From NCBI GenBank assembly GCA_040389185.1, contig JAZKAJ010000007.1, forward strand, positions 5,127 to 69,126: a stretch of DNA of 64,000 nucleotides, given 5' to 3'. The translations under genes and the position numbers were made by a program. Shown here piece after piece: positions 1 through 11,349 of the stretch (position 1 is the first letter of the stretch; every line of letters begins with the position of its first letter). A model generated the notes under the pieces. It saw only the letters and a list, made by a program, of their open reading frames with translations. It was not told the origin of the DNA and did not search any database. Source of the stretch: Patescibacteria group bacterium. GTDB taxonomy: Bacteria > Patescibacteriota > Minisyncoccia > Phycocordibacterales > CAIRYW01.

Positions 1-2
1 AA

Positions 3-269
3 GTAAAAGCAACAGCAAAAAAAGATTCAACTCAAATGATTATTGGAGTAACAGAAGAGATCAAAGAGATTAGAACCAAAAAAGGTGATCTTATGGCCTT
101 CGTTAAAGTTGGAGACTTTAGTGGAATGATGGAAGTAGTACTTTTTCCTAAAATATACGCAGATGTAAAGCAGCTTTTCAGTGGTGAAAAATGTCTTCGA
201 ATCGATGGAAAAATTTCAATGAAAGATGATGTCATGAGTATTTTGGCTGATAAGGTAAAAGTGTTGTAG
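3..269 (+). CDS. dnaE: DNA polymerase III alpha subunit, C-terminal OB-fold (5'-partial)
   Basis: Open frame from window edge; RTKKGDLMAFVKVGDFSGMMEVVLFPKIY is the typical DnaE C-terminal OB motif. Confidence 0.85.
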   Translation, partial: VKATAKKDSTQMIIGVTEEIKEIRTKKGDLMAFVKVGDFSGMMEVVLFPKIYADVKQLFSGEKCLRIDGKISMKDDVMSILADKVKVL

Positions 270-281
270 TAAACACAGTCA

Positions 282-471
282 AACACTATTTGAAAAGCAC
301 GTTCACCCGTTCACTAACATATTGGTGATTACCCCAATGCTTTCTAAATACAGATTTGTTTATTTTAGAGATAATATTTAATAGGTAGAGTTAGTGTTCG
401 GGCAAGTAAAATTCTACTGAATTTTTGCTCAAGTCTCGCCTACCCGGCTCGAAGCCTTTTCAAATAATGTT
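282..471 (+). repeat. 3'-UTR structured repeat family A, copy 1 (carries ~105 nt nested hairpin insert 302-406)
   Basis: Outer stem aacactatttgaaaag/cttttcaaataatgtt; AAAAGCACG...GTCTCGCCTACCCGGCTCGAAG similar to 37484-37575 and 62456-62548. Confidence 0.8.
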
Positions 472-498
472 CTCCTATGTTTTGGTGGTGGGAAGTGG

Positions 499-539
499 AA
501 AAATGCTGGGCAAGGACACAAAGATTGCCTAGCATTTTT
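499..539 (+). terminator. Intrinsic terminator-like hairpin
   Basis: aaaaatgctgggcaa...ttgcctagcattttt. Confidence 0.6.
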
Positions 540-573
540 ATTTATATGATAAAATTATCTAAACCAACCGTAC

Positions 574-834
574 ATGAACACGTCAGAATTGCACATTGAG
601 TACTGCTATGTAGGATCTGATGATGTAGAAAAATGTTTTGTAAGATTTGCAGAACCTCAACCATTCTCATATATCCTAAGTATTATGAAACTAGGTAGAG
701 AAAGGCAAACCTTGCATTATCATCTCAAACAGATTTTTGATCGCGCTTCTATAGTTGTCGAAATATCAAATGTAGATCACTATGGAAAGGATAAAGACCA
801 AAAATTTTTGTTCTATTCACCAGATTGCCGCTAA
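574..834 (+). CDS. Hypothetical orphan protein (86 aa)
   Basis: ORF with upstream TG-extended -10-like box and hairpin+T-tract directly after stop. Confidence 0.5.
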   Translation: MNTSELHIEYCYVGSDDVEKCFVRFAEPQPFSYILSIMKLGRERQTLHYHLKQIFDRASIVVEISNVDHYGKDKDQKFLFYSPDCR

Positions 835-868
835 TACCCTTTCGCGTTCCGCGAAAGGGTATTTTTTA
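834..868 (+). terminator. Intrinsic terminator
   Basis: aataccctttcgcg-ttc-cgcgaaagggtatt followed by T-run. Confidence 0.8.
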
Positions 869-903
869 ATATTTTTCTTGACCAATCCCTATATTCTAGT
901 AGT

Positions 904-1191
904 GTGTATGCAAATGCTCTTATGATGAAACCTCACATAACCATCAGCCTCATTCTCAAAGGAGTGGAAGTTGGTTTTTTACAGTTTCCATCATCCACCA
1001 ACTTAAAATCGAAAAACATCAAAGATAAATTACGAATCTCAAAAACCGATAGACCTCTTGATCAAATAAGAAAAATACTCCCACTCGGGATAGTATCAAA
1101 AAGGATCGGTAAAAAGGAAGTAATTGATTTTCGGATAAATATTCGAGTTAAGCGCAAAAAAGCGCCCAAAACTGCCCGACACAAAAAGTAA
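904..1191 (+). CDS. Hypothetical basic protein (start may be ATG 922/925)
   Basis: ORF with TTGACC upstream and hairpin+T8 overlapping the stop. Confidence 0.4.
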   Translation: MYANALMMKPHITISLILKGVEVGFLQFPSSTNLKSKNIKDKLRISKTDRPLDQIRKILPLGIVSKRIGKKEVIDFRINIRVKRKKAPKTARHKK

Positions 1192-1261
1192 ACGGGTGGT
1201 TTTTTTATACCTCCAAATATGCTAATCTATACTCGAATAGGACAATTTACAGAAATACTTG

Positions 1262-1360
1262 TCCCGTTAAAAAATCACCAAATCCATGGTGAACAATATG
1301 ATTATAATTAGACAGACTTTAGCAGAAACAAGAGATTACTCTTTAATTTTTTAATTGGGA
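1262..1360 (+). other. Start-codon-abutting inverted-repeat element, copy 1 (thrS leader)
   Basis: GTCCCG-TTAAAAAAT pairs with ATTTTTTAA-T-TGGGAT that includes the thrS ATG; ends near-identical to the gyrB leader. Confidence 0.8.
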
Positions 1361-3114
1361 TGGAAAACAAAGAAAAAGCAGAAAACTTATCAAAAAAGCG
1401 ACATACTCTCGCCCACCTTTTGGCGGAAGCGGTTATTGAAAATTACCCTAGTGTACAGTTAACTCTCGGCCCAGCGATCGACACAGGATTTTACTACGAT
1501 ATAGACTTTGGTGCTGAGAAGATCTCGGATCAAGACCTCGAAAAGATTGAAAAAACGATGCGAAAAAATCTTTCAAAATGGACAGAATTTTCACATCAAG
1601 AAGTCACTGCAGACGAAGCTAAAGCAGTATTCAAAAACAACTCATACAAAACAGAACTCATTGAGGAGATCTCCGGACGTGGCGAACCGATCACTCTCTA
1701 TACTTGCGGAGGATTCACTGATCTCTGTCGTGGAGGACACTCAGAAAATCCTGCAAAAGAAATCGGCGCTGACTCTTTCAAACTTTCTCGAGTCGCGGGC
1801 GCATACTGGCGAGGTGATGAGAAGAACAAAATGCTTACTCGTATCTACGGACTCGCATTTGATACAAAAGAAGAACTCGTTGCATACGAAACACAACTCG
1901 AAGAAGCAAAGAAACGAGATCACAAAGTTATCGGACGTGAGATGGGACTTTTTACATTCTCTCCTCTTGTTGGAGCAGGGCTTCCACTTTGGACTCCAAA
2001 AGGAACAATTATTCGAGAACTCTTGAATGATTTTGTTTGGGAACTTCGAAAAGTCAAAGGCTACGAAAAAGTATGTATTCCCCATATCACAAAAAGAGAA
2101 CTTTATGACACTTCAGGACATTGGGACAAATATGCAGACGATCTTTTCAAGATTCATACTCGTGAAGACCATCTCTATGCGATGAAGCCAATGAACTGTC
2201 CCCACCACACACAGATCTTTGATGCAGAACCCCGCAGCTACCGAGATATGCCGCAGCGATATGCAGAGACAACAATGGTATATCGAGATGAGCAATCAGG
2301 AGAACTCTCAGGACTTTCTCGAGTGCTTTCTATTACTCAAGATGATGCCCATGTATTTTGCCGTGAGACACAAATCGAAGAAGAGTGTATGGCGGTCTGG
2401 GATATTGTGGAAACTTTTTACAAGACATTTGGATTTGATCTCAAAGTCAGATTCTCAACTCATGACCCGAAAGAAAGAACTAAATATCTAGGCAGTGATG
2501 AAGTCTGGACAAAAGCAGAACTCGCACTCGAAAACTTGATGAAGAAAAAAGGAGTTGAATGGATGGACGGAACAGGCGAAGCAGCGTTTTACGGACCAAA
2601 GATCGACTTCATTGCAAAAGATTCTATCGGCCGGGTACTTCAGGTAGCAACAATCCAGCTCGACTTCAACCAGCCAAAAAACTTTGGACTCGTTTGCACA
2701 AACGAAAAAGGTGAAAAAGAACAGGTGGTGATGATCCACGCAGCGATCATGGGATCAATCGAAAGATTCATGTCGACTTTGATCGAGCACACCGCAGGAG
2801 TATTTCCACTCTGGCTCTCACCTACTCAAGTACGAATCGTTCCTATCGGTGACAATGAAATCGAGTATGCAACAAATCTCAGAAAGACCTTGCGAGAAAA
2901 TGGTATTCGAGCAGATCTCGACCTTGGTAATGATTCATTCGGTAAAAAGATTCGAAATGCTAAAACAGAAAAGATTCCATACATCGCGGTTATCGGTAAA
3001 AAAGAAGTGGAAGCAGGACAAGTCACTCTCGAAGGTAGAACTGAAAAATTTGTCTTGAGTATTGAAGATGTGGTAAAGAAATTGTTTGAAGAGACAAAAA
3101 ACAAAATTAACTAG
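1360..3114 (+). CDS. thrS: Threonine--tRNA ligase (lacks N-terminal TGS domain)
   Basis: RHTLAHLLA, DLCRGGH, GAYWRG, KPMNCPHH, AFYGPKID motifs. Confidence 0.98.
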   Translation: MENKEKAENLSKKRHTLAHLLAEAVIENYPSVQLTLGPAIDTGFYYDIDFGAEKISDQDLEKIEKTMRKNLSKWTEFSHQEVTADEAKAVFKNNSYKTELIEEISGRGEPITLYTCGGFTDLCRGGHSENPAKEIGADSFKLSRVAGAYWRGDEKNKMLTRIYGLAFDTKEELVAYETQLEEAKKRDHKVIGREMGLFTFSPLVGAGLPLWTPKGTIIRELLNDFVWELRKVKGYEKVCIPHITKRELYDTSGHWDKYADDLFKIHTREDHLYAMKPMNCPHHTQIFDAEPRSYRDMPQRYAETTMVYRDEQSGELSGLSRVLSITQDDAHVFCRETQIEEECMAVWDIVETFYKTFGFDLKVRFSTHDPKERTKYLGSDEVWTKAELALENLMKKKGVEWMDGTGEAAFYGPKIDFIAKDSIGRVLQVATIQLDFNQPKNFGLVCTNEKGEKEQVVMIHAAIMGSIERFMSTLIEHTAGVFPLWLSPTQVRIVPIGDNEIEYATNLRKTLRENGIRADLDLGNDSFGKKIRNAKTEKIPYIAVIGKKEVEAGQVTLEGRTEKFVLSIEDVVKKLFEETKNKIN

Positions 3115-3137
3115 GTAGAAAATAAAATTTGAAATTC

Positions 3138-3170
3138 AAACGCGCGGCACCTTTCGGGACCGCGCGTGTT
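3138..3170. terminator. Hairpin terminator after thrS
   Basis: aaacgcgcgg...ccgcgcgtgttt. Confidence 0.6.
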
Positions 3171-3197
3171 TGATTTTGATGTTTATAAGGTCATATT

Positions 3198-3404
3198 TCA
3201 GACAACGACACATTCCTCCGACTCAAGACGCTCTGATAACGCATCAAACGACAATAAGAAGGTGGTGAAAATGCGAGTGACTGAACCGTCTTGAATGTGT
3301 ACGGTTTTTGAAAACCAACTACACCCAAAACATATCAGACCATATGAACTCAAATAAGGAGCAGAATTACAGTGTGGGCACCGTGGGCAGTGTGTTTCGT
3401 CCAT
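3198..3404 (-). CDS. Small hypothetical Zn-ribbon-like protein
   Basis: CPRCPHC...CFGC Cys pattern; -10-like box shortly upstream. Confidence 0.4.
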   Translation of the reverse strand: MDETHCPRCPHCNSAPYLSSYGLICFGCSWFSKTVHIQDGSVTRIFTTFLLSFDALSERLESEECVVV

Positions 3405-3476
3405 AATCCGCACAATAACATATTTTTTATAAAAAGCAATGGTCTCAATATATCTGTATTAAAATGACGCTCAACC

Positions 3477-3716
3477 CTACTCGGTGTTGTGCGTCTGTCC
3501 ATTAGCCGAAGCTTTAGGAAGATTACTGGGTGATGCAGCGACAAGCTTGCGAAAAAACTCAATGCTGCGCAAGCTCGGGATATCTCTCGAAAAAACAGGA
3601 GGAGGCATCGCGTGACCGGCAACAACAGTCCATCCAGGAGGCAAATCACGATAAGCACCTACACTATAATTGCGATGATCCATCCCCGAGCAGAAAGAAC
3701 GATTATTAGCATTCAT
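3477..3716 (-). CDS. Hypothetical protein (uncertain)
   Basis: ORF only; competing overlapping frame 3350-3658. Confidence 0.25.
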   Translation of the reverse strand: MNANNRSFCSGMDHRNYSVGAYRDLPPGWTVVAGHAMPPPVFSRDIPSLRSIEFFRKLVAASPSNLPKASANGQTHNTE

Positions 3717-3752
3717 ATTAATATCATCCTACCTTTCTCCAATCCTAAAATC

Positions 3753-3785
3753 AAACAGCACCGCGGCGTAGCCGCGGTGCTGTTT
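3753..3785. repeat. REP-like palindrome/terminator, core CGCGGCTACGCCGCG (reverse orientation)
   Basis: aaacagcaccgcggc-gta-gccgcggtgctgttt. Confidence 0.85.
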
Positions 3786-3827
3786 TAAATTTCCTCATTA
3801 ACTCACCCCTCACAACCCATCACTTTT

Positions 3828-4472
3828 CTATTTCGCTTCCTTACTTACAAACATTGCTTCCGCAACATACCTCTCCTGCTTTTGTCCAAACGTATTACAA
3901 GTTGAAAGTGTCAGCATATTTTTGTCTGTTCCAAAATCAATGAATTCCTTTGTTGCATCTACAAGAGAAACTTTTTCTACCGAATATGTATATCGACTTG
4001 TTGCAGAATCAACGTAAATCAAATCTCCCGCTTTTAATTTTTCAATTCCGTTTAGAGACTTGTATGCTTTGTTCTGTACTACTGCCCAGTTTGAACTGTG
4101 TCCAAAGATAAGTACATTGCCGCTACCTAATAATGCCGAGTCAGGGTATCGTATTGTCCCACGAGTGAGATACTCATCGAGGATCGTATTATCTTTTGTT
4201 GTTGGATTTTGCACCAAAATATCAATATCGGTATTAGGGATTGTGAGGTGTATAGGTTCTTCACCAGCTTCTTTTGGTAGAGTAGCTTTTGTCTCTGTCA
4301 TTTGCATCGCATTGAACCGAATATCGTCAAGTACACCATTACTTTCGCTTGAGATCTCACTAGGTACAAGCCCCAGTGCATAGAGACCAATGAAACTGAC
4401 CAGAAATACACCTGTGAAAGTAGATACGAATCGAACATCCCCTCTTTTCCAAAAAGCCTTGTATTTATTCAT
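3828..4472 (-). CDS. Sortase family protein
   Basis: N-terminal TM, IFGHS catalytic His, LTLSTC motif, downstream Arg (ERY). Confidence 0.88.
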   Translation of the reverse strand: MNKYKAFWKRGDVRFVSTFTGVFLVSFIGLYALGLVPSEISSESNGVLDDIRFNAMQMTETKATLPKEAGEEPIHLTIPNTDIDILVQNPTTKDNTILDEYLTRGTIRYPDSALLGSGNVLIFGHSSNWAVVQNKAYKSLNGIEKLKAGDLIYVDSATSRYTYSVEKVSLVDATKEFIDFGTDKNMLTLSTCNTFGQKQERYVAEAMFVSKEAK

Positions 4473-4480
4473 ATATTTTC

Positions 4481-4546
4481 ATTATATAAAGGATTTTTAA
4501 GGACGTCAATTAAGTACTTGACATTTACCTTTAAAAGATATATAAT
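4481..4546. promoter_or_regulatory. Back-to-back sigma70 promoters
   Basis: + strand TTGACA(4518)-N17-TATAAT(4541); - strand TTGACG-N17-TATAAT ending 8 nt before the sortase ATG. Confidence 0.85.
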
Positions 4547-4581
4547 ATACTCATAAATCTAAAAGATTAACAAATACATTT

Positions 4582-6045
4582 ATGTCTCAAGACCCACACA
4601 TTATTGTAGAAGACCATACAAACGATGCTCCAAAGAAGAGTAACTCTATTGTTCGTGGAGCAATTATAGTTGCAATTATCCTCGTACTCCTCTTTATCGC
4701 GCTTGCTATAGTTAAATTCGTACCAAAACTTATTTCTTCATTCGGTACTGCGAGTGTTTCTCTCTCTTCGCTCTTTAGCCCAAAAGAAAACATTACTGTA
4801 AGTGCTCCCTCTGAAGTGAAGAGTGGTTCGCCATTCACAGTAAGTTGGAAAAACAATGTGACTGAACCTGCAGGTTCACTTATGTGGAGCTACCAATGTG
4901 CTGACAATGTCACTGTTGAATATACTTCAACAGGAGGTCAGAGACCGGTTATTTGTAACACCCTCTTCCCCCTTCCAGCAACTGGCAACAGCTATTCTTT
5001 TGTTGCAAAAAACTCTGGTACAGCGAGTGTACCTGTCACAATGACAGTGGCACTCTATGATGCTGATATGAAAACTGTAAAGGTGCAAGGATCTACAAAT
5101 ATGACAGTACTCGCACCTGGAAGCACAGCAACTGTTGTCTCACAGTACAATCCTGATTACAGTGCCACAACAACACCAAGTACAAACAACAACTCAACAA
5201 ATACAAATACTAACGGAACAACAAAAACAACAACCAAGACAACTACGAACAATACTAATTACAATACAGGAGTTACAAATGGAACACCTGACTTAAGTGT
5301 GAGCCTCGTAAAGGTTGGACGAACACAGAACGACGGTTCATACATAAGTACAAATTCATTTGCAGAAAATGATCGAGTGACCGTGATATTTAAAGTAACA
5401 AATACCGGTACAGCTCGCTCTGGAACTTGGAGTCTCCGAGCAGATCTTCCTACAAAGACACAATCTGACAAAGTATATGTTTCTAACGCGCAGCCAGCAC
5501 TTAATCCTGGAGACTCATACCAGATGACAATCTCATTTGATGCCTTTGATCCAAACGGACGAAATATTATAATCACTATAAGCAACAACGACTACAACCA
5601 ATCAAACAATGTTTTGAATATTCCAGTCACTTCAAATGGTAACAATTCAAACAACGATAACAACAATAGCACCGGAAGTCGCCCAGATCTTACAGTCAGA
5701 ATCATTGATGTTGGAACAATGGGTAATAACAACCAGTTCTACTACTCAAACTCGCTTAATAGTAATGACAAGATCGCAGTAAAGTTTGAGATCCAGAACA
5801 TCGGCGGATCAAATTCTGGAAGCTTCCGATTCACTGCTGATCTCCCAACAAGTGACAACAATACATTCGAATCAAGTAATCAGTCATCACTTGCTCCGGG
5901 CGAAACAAGACAATACACACTTGGATTTGATAATCCAGACACCGGAACAAATACGATCACAATCGATGTCGACTCTGATAATGATATTCGAGAAAACAAT
6001 GAGAACAATAATGATGACTCGATGAGAGTTCGAATCAATAACTAA
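4582..6045 (+). CDS. Membrane-anchored surface protein with two CARDB-like Ig domains and Thr/Asn linkers
   Basis: N-terminal TM; PDL.V...V.F.V.N.G...SG...L.PG repeats; DSDNDIRENNENNN CARDB tail. Confidence 0.75.
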   Translation: MSQDPHIIVEDHTNDAPKKSNSIVRGAIIVAIILVLLFIALAIVKFVPKLISSFGTASVSLSSLFSPKENITVSAPSEVKSGSPFTVSWKNNVTEPAGSLMWSYQCADNVTVEYTSTGGQRPVICNTLFPLPATGNSYSFVAKNSGTASVPVTMTVALYDADMKTVKVQGSTNMTVLAPGSTATVVSQYNPDYSATTTPSTNNNSTNTNTNGTTKTTTKTTTNNTNYNTGVTNGTPDLSVSLVKVGRTQNDGSYISTNSFAENDRVTVIFKVTNTGTARSGTWSLRADLPTKTQSDKVYVSNAQPALNPGDSYQMTISFDAFDPNGRNIIITISNNDYNQSNNVLNIPVTSNGNNSNNDNNNSTGSRPDLTVRIIDVGTMGNNNQFYYSNSLNSNDKIAVKFEIQNIGGSNSGSFRFTADLPTSDNNTFESSNQSSLAPGETRQYTLGFDNPDTGTNTITIDVDSDNDIRENNENNNDDSMRVRINN

Positions 6046-6082
6046 CAGCAAGAGTGAAAAGTGATTAGGAATTAGTAAAAAG

Positions 6083-6115
6083 AAAAAGTGCCGCGGCTAC
6101 GCCGCGGTACTTTTT
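6083..6115. repeat. REP-like palindrome / bidirectional terminator
   Basis: aaaaagtgccgcggc-tac-gccgcggtacttttt between convergent genes. Confidence 0.85.
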
Positions 6116-6149
6116 AATTTACTTTCTACTTTTCACTAATTACTTGTTA

Positions 6150-8313
<2,164 letters not shown>

Positions 8314-8403
8314 CAAGTTTGATATATTATACCAAATTTTACCTTTCAAAACTATTGACTATGACCATTTTCGTGATACTTTTAACTAGAACCACCGCCC
8401 ACC

Positions 8404-8502
8404 ATGCCCACACTTATTGCTCTTACTGTTGCTGCCTCAATTATGATTTACCTTGGAATTGAATTCCTCGAATGGCTTTACATGCCTAAGTCCAAGAATT
8501 GA
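8404..8502 (+). CDS. Small single-TM peptide (32 aa, MPTLIALTVAASIMIYLGIEFLEWLYMPKSKN)
   Basis: Below ORF-track cutoff; TTGACT..TGaTACTTT promoter upstream, hairpin+T tract downstream. Confidence 0.5.
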   Translation: MPTLIALTVAASIMIYLGIEFLEWLYMPKSKN

Positions 8503-8620
8503 GACATTCACCATCCTAATCGCCGTACTCCTCACCGAGCATCGGCTTTTTTATTTTCGACTCAAATTTTAGAATATGTTAAAATATTTTTAGACCCAAA
8601 ATAAACGGTCTCATATACAC

Positions 8621-8821
8621 ATGCCCTCAAGCGACAAACCTACACCACCCGAAATCCTGTCCTTCCGCGAAAAAATGAGAAGAAGAGACGCACTCCGCAA
8701 GAGAACACAAGGAGAATACCCCGACCACGAAGTCATTGCTGCCCTCTTGAGAGTAGTGCCGTTTCTTGGAGAAACTCTTCTCGACTTCTGGCGATCGATG
8801 CGGCGTCGTGTGGAAGCCTGA
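8621..8821 (+). CDS. Hypothetical orphan protein (66 aa)
   Basis: ORF followed by hairpin aaaccg..gagtgcatgcactc..cggtttttt. Confidence 0.45.
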   Translation: MPSSDKPTPPEILSFREKMRRRDALRKRTQGEYPDHEVIAALLRVVPFLGETLLDFWRSMRRRVEA

Positions 8822-8982
8822 CCGTTTCCGTTCTTTCATCACCAAACCGTTCCGAGTGCATGCACTCTGTTCGGTTTTTTATTTTCTTAAATATTTAAAT
8901 ATTGAAATACTTCAGCAGAAGCTTAACCCCTGAGGGTGAAATTTATCTCACTTCTCCGCTAAACTTTTGCTATCGCAAAACT

Positions 8983-10959
8983 TTAGCGGACAAGCCACTT
9001 ATTTTCCACAAGCGCACCGGTTATTCTCTCCATCACTTTATTTACCTCATCATCAGTAAGTGTCTTTTCATATGATTGAAACACGAGTCTGAATGCAAAA
9101 GAAGTTTTTTCTATTGCGCCCGTTTCTTTATTTGTCTTTTCAAACACATCAAAGAGTTCGTGACGAACCAAGAGATCTCCTACGTGAGTTTCTATCACAT
9201 GCCAGACTTTTCCTGCATTTGATTTGTCCCCTTCTACAAATACCGCAATATCTCGAACCATAAATGGATACGGAGAAGGTGCTTTATATTTCTTTACTTC
9301 TTTTGAAACAGGAATTTTGATTGATTCCTTTAGTTCAGGAAGACCTGCGATAAGGGCTTCAAAATCAACCTCCATTATTCCATCAAGATTATTTGTCATT
9401 CCGATTGATTTACCTCCTTTTGAAATAATCCCGCCACTATCATCCACCGTACACAGTATCTCAATTTTTGATCCTAAATGTTCGAAAAGTTCATCTCGTA
9501 CCACCTTGATCTCATCATTTGGTCTCTCGCCTTTCTTTGCTTTCTTATATGCAATACCGATACAAAGCGACAGAAATTCTCTCCCATCTTTCCACACTCG
9601 TCCAAATTCAAATACTTTGATCTTGTTTTGACCCAAAAGATCTGCATAATAAATATTATTTTTTAACTTCTCCTCCATTTGTGTTAAGAGATCTGTTCGG
9701 AGACTTTTCTTGTCTTCTGCAAGAGGATTCATTATTTCAACCTCTCCTTTTGGAGCCAATGTATATGACTGCACCTCACTAAATCCTCTTTCAATAAGGA
9801 AATTACGTACAATATTTCGATATGTAATATCATTGTTCAAAACAACTGGAATACTGATAACGGGAAGTGTTCCTTCAATATTCTCATACCCATAAAGCCT
9901 CCCAACCTCATCCACAATATCTTCTTTTATATTCAAATCCCTTCTTCCATCTGTTGGATATACCGCAATTAAAGCACCTTCTCGCCGTGCATTTATTGAT
10001 GCATTCTTTAGTAGCTCTATAATTGTTTCAGACGAAATTTCTTTTCCGAGCTTTTCACATATAAACTCAGGTGATACTTCAACCTTTTTTTCACTCTTTT
10101 TTGCAAGACCTGCAGACGAGATAGCGCTTACAGTAATCTCTGGATTTTCTTTTTTGAGTAATGAAACGAAATAGTTCAACGCTTCAATTGTGAGCATAGA
10201 GCTTACTCCATTTTCAAATCTCTTTGATGAATCAGTTTTGATATTGAGTTTTGTTGAAGTTTTACGTACGAGGCTTGCAACAAAATGTGCGGATTCAACA
10301 ATCACATGATCAGAATTATGAGTGGTCTCAGCTAGTTTGCCGCCTTTGATCCCAGCGATTGCAAGAGGATTTTTTTCATCTGCAATAACAACAATGCTCG
10401 AATCAAGCTTTACTTCTTTATTGTCCAAAGTGGTTATAGCTTCTCCCGTTCTTGCATATCGAACCACAATATCGCCCGATACCTTTTCTGCATCAAACAC
10501 ATGCATCGGCTGTCCAATATCAAGCATCACAAAGTTTGCAATATCTGCAAAGATATTGATAGATCGCTGTCCTACCGCTTCGAGCTTCTCTTTAAGCCAT
10601 AGAGGTGAATCAGCTTTTGTCACATTCATAATCCGGGTTGCATTATATGAATCACAAAAATCTCCCGCTTCGACAGAAACATTGACACCCATAACATCAT
10701 CAGCTTCGATTTCAGGAAGTATGCGAGGAATGAATTCATTGTCCGGAATGAGCGCCGCAAGCTCTTGTGCGACACCTTGATGTGAAAGACAGTATGATGC
10801 CCGATCTGGAAGCACTTTCACATCGAGGATATCATCGGTTGTTCTTTTCTCAATTCCCTCAACTTCAAAAATATGGAATGTCAAAAGCTCCGCAATCTTG
10901 TCGGACGACGGAAGAGGTTTCTTAAAATATGTCTGGAGCCACTTGTGTGAAATTTTCAT
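8983..10959 (-). CDS. pheT: Phenylalanine--tRNA ligase beta subunit (short, no B2 OB domain)
   Basis: MKISHKWL, PDR..CLSH.GVA, RFENG, DLNIKEDIVDEVGRLYGY, RDIA FDX-ACB tail. Confidence 0.95.
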   Translation of the reverse strand: MKISHKWLQTYFKKPLPSSDKIAELLTFHIFEVEGIEKRTTDDILDVKVLPDRASYCLSHQGVAQELAALIPDNEFIPRILPEIEADDVMGVNVSVEAGDFCDSYNATRIMNVTKADSPLWLKEKLEAVGQRSINIFADIANFVMLDIGQPMHVFDAEKVSGDIVVRYARTGEAITTLDNKEVKLDSSIVVIADEKNPLAIAGIKGGKLAETTHNSDHVIVESAHFVASLVRKTSTKLNIKTDSSKRFENGVSSMLTIEALNYFVSLLKKENPEITVSAISSAGLAKKSEKKVEVSPEFICEKLGKEISSETIIELLKNASINARREGALIAVYPTDGRRDLNIKEDIVDEVGRLYGYENIEGTLPVISIPVVLNNDITYRNIVRNFLIERGFSEVQSYTLAPKGEVEIMNPLAEDKKSLRTDLLTQMEEKLKNNIYYADLLGQNKIKVFEFGRVWKDGREFLSLCIGIAYKKAKKGERPNDEIKVVRDELFEHLGSKIEILCTVDDSGGIISKGGKSIGMTNNLDGIMEVDFEALIAGLPELKESIKIPVSKEVKKYKAPSPYPFMVRDIAVFVEGDKSNAGKVWHVIETHVGDLLVRHELFDVFEKTNKETGAIEKTSFAFRLVFQSYEKTLTDDEVNKVMERITGALVENKWLVR

Positions 10960-10962
10960 AAA

Positions 10963-11292
10963 TTATCGTGCAGATTTTTTGTGTGACACCGTGATGTTGA
11001 TAATAATCCACACCAAAAGTACGCTCGCTTCAATTATTACATCATTTACATATAGGATAATTGCAGCACCGACAGCAAACGACACAATACCAAAGAGATG
11101 ACCTTTGAGTGACACTGGCCAATTAATGAATCGTTTGTTGCCAGTATGTCCTAGTTTTGAAAACCAATATCCAAATCTACGATGATGGGCACCTTTCACA
11201 TATTCAACAGCTGAGACAATCACATATGCAAGCAGGATAAAGAAGATCACCATACCCCAAGAAAAATTTGTATTTAAAAAAAGATTTTGCAT
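10963..11292 (-). CDS. Small membrane protein between pheS and pheT
   Basis: 3 hydrophobic segments; stop 4 nt before pheT start. Confidence 0.6.
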   Translation of the reverse strand: MQNLFLNTNFSWGMVIFFILLAYVIVSAVEYVKGAHHRRFGYWFSKLGHTGNKRFINWPVSLKGHLFGIVSFAVGAAIILYVNDVIIEASVLLVWIIINITVSHKKSAR

Positions 11293-11349
11293 ATTGAATT
11301 AATTTAATTATTTTTGCTTTGGACTTTTGACTTTCAGACTTTCGACTAC

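Noticed and set aside
1230-1360. T-box riboswitch or ThrRS operator upstream of thrS (and pheS)
   Set aside because: No T-box GGTGGNACC consensus or terminator; the same element precedes gyrB and rsmG
8500-8890. Integron attC sites after orphan genes
   Set aside because: No RYYYAAC/GTTRRRY core sites; hairpins end in T-tracts like terminators
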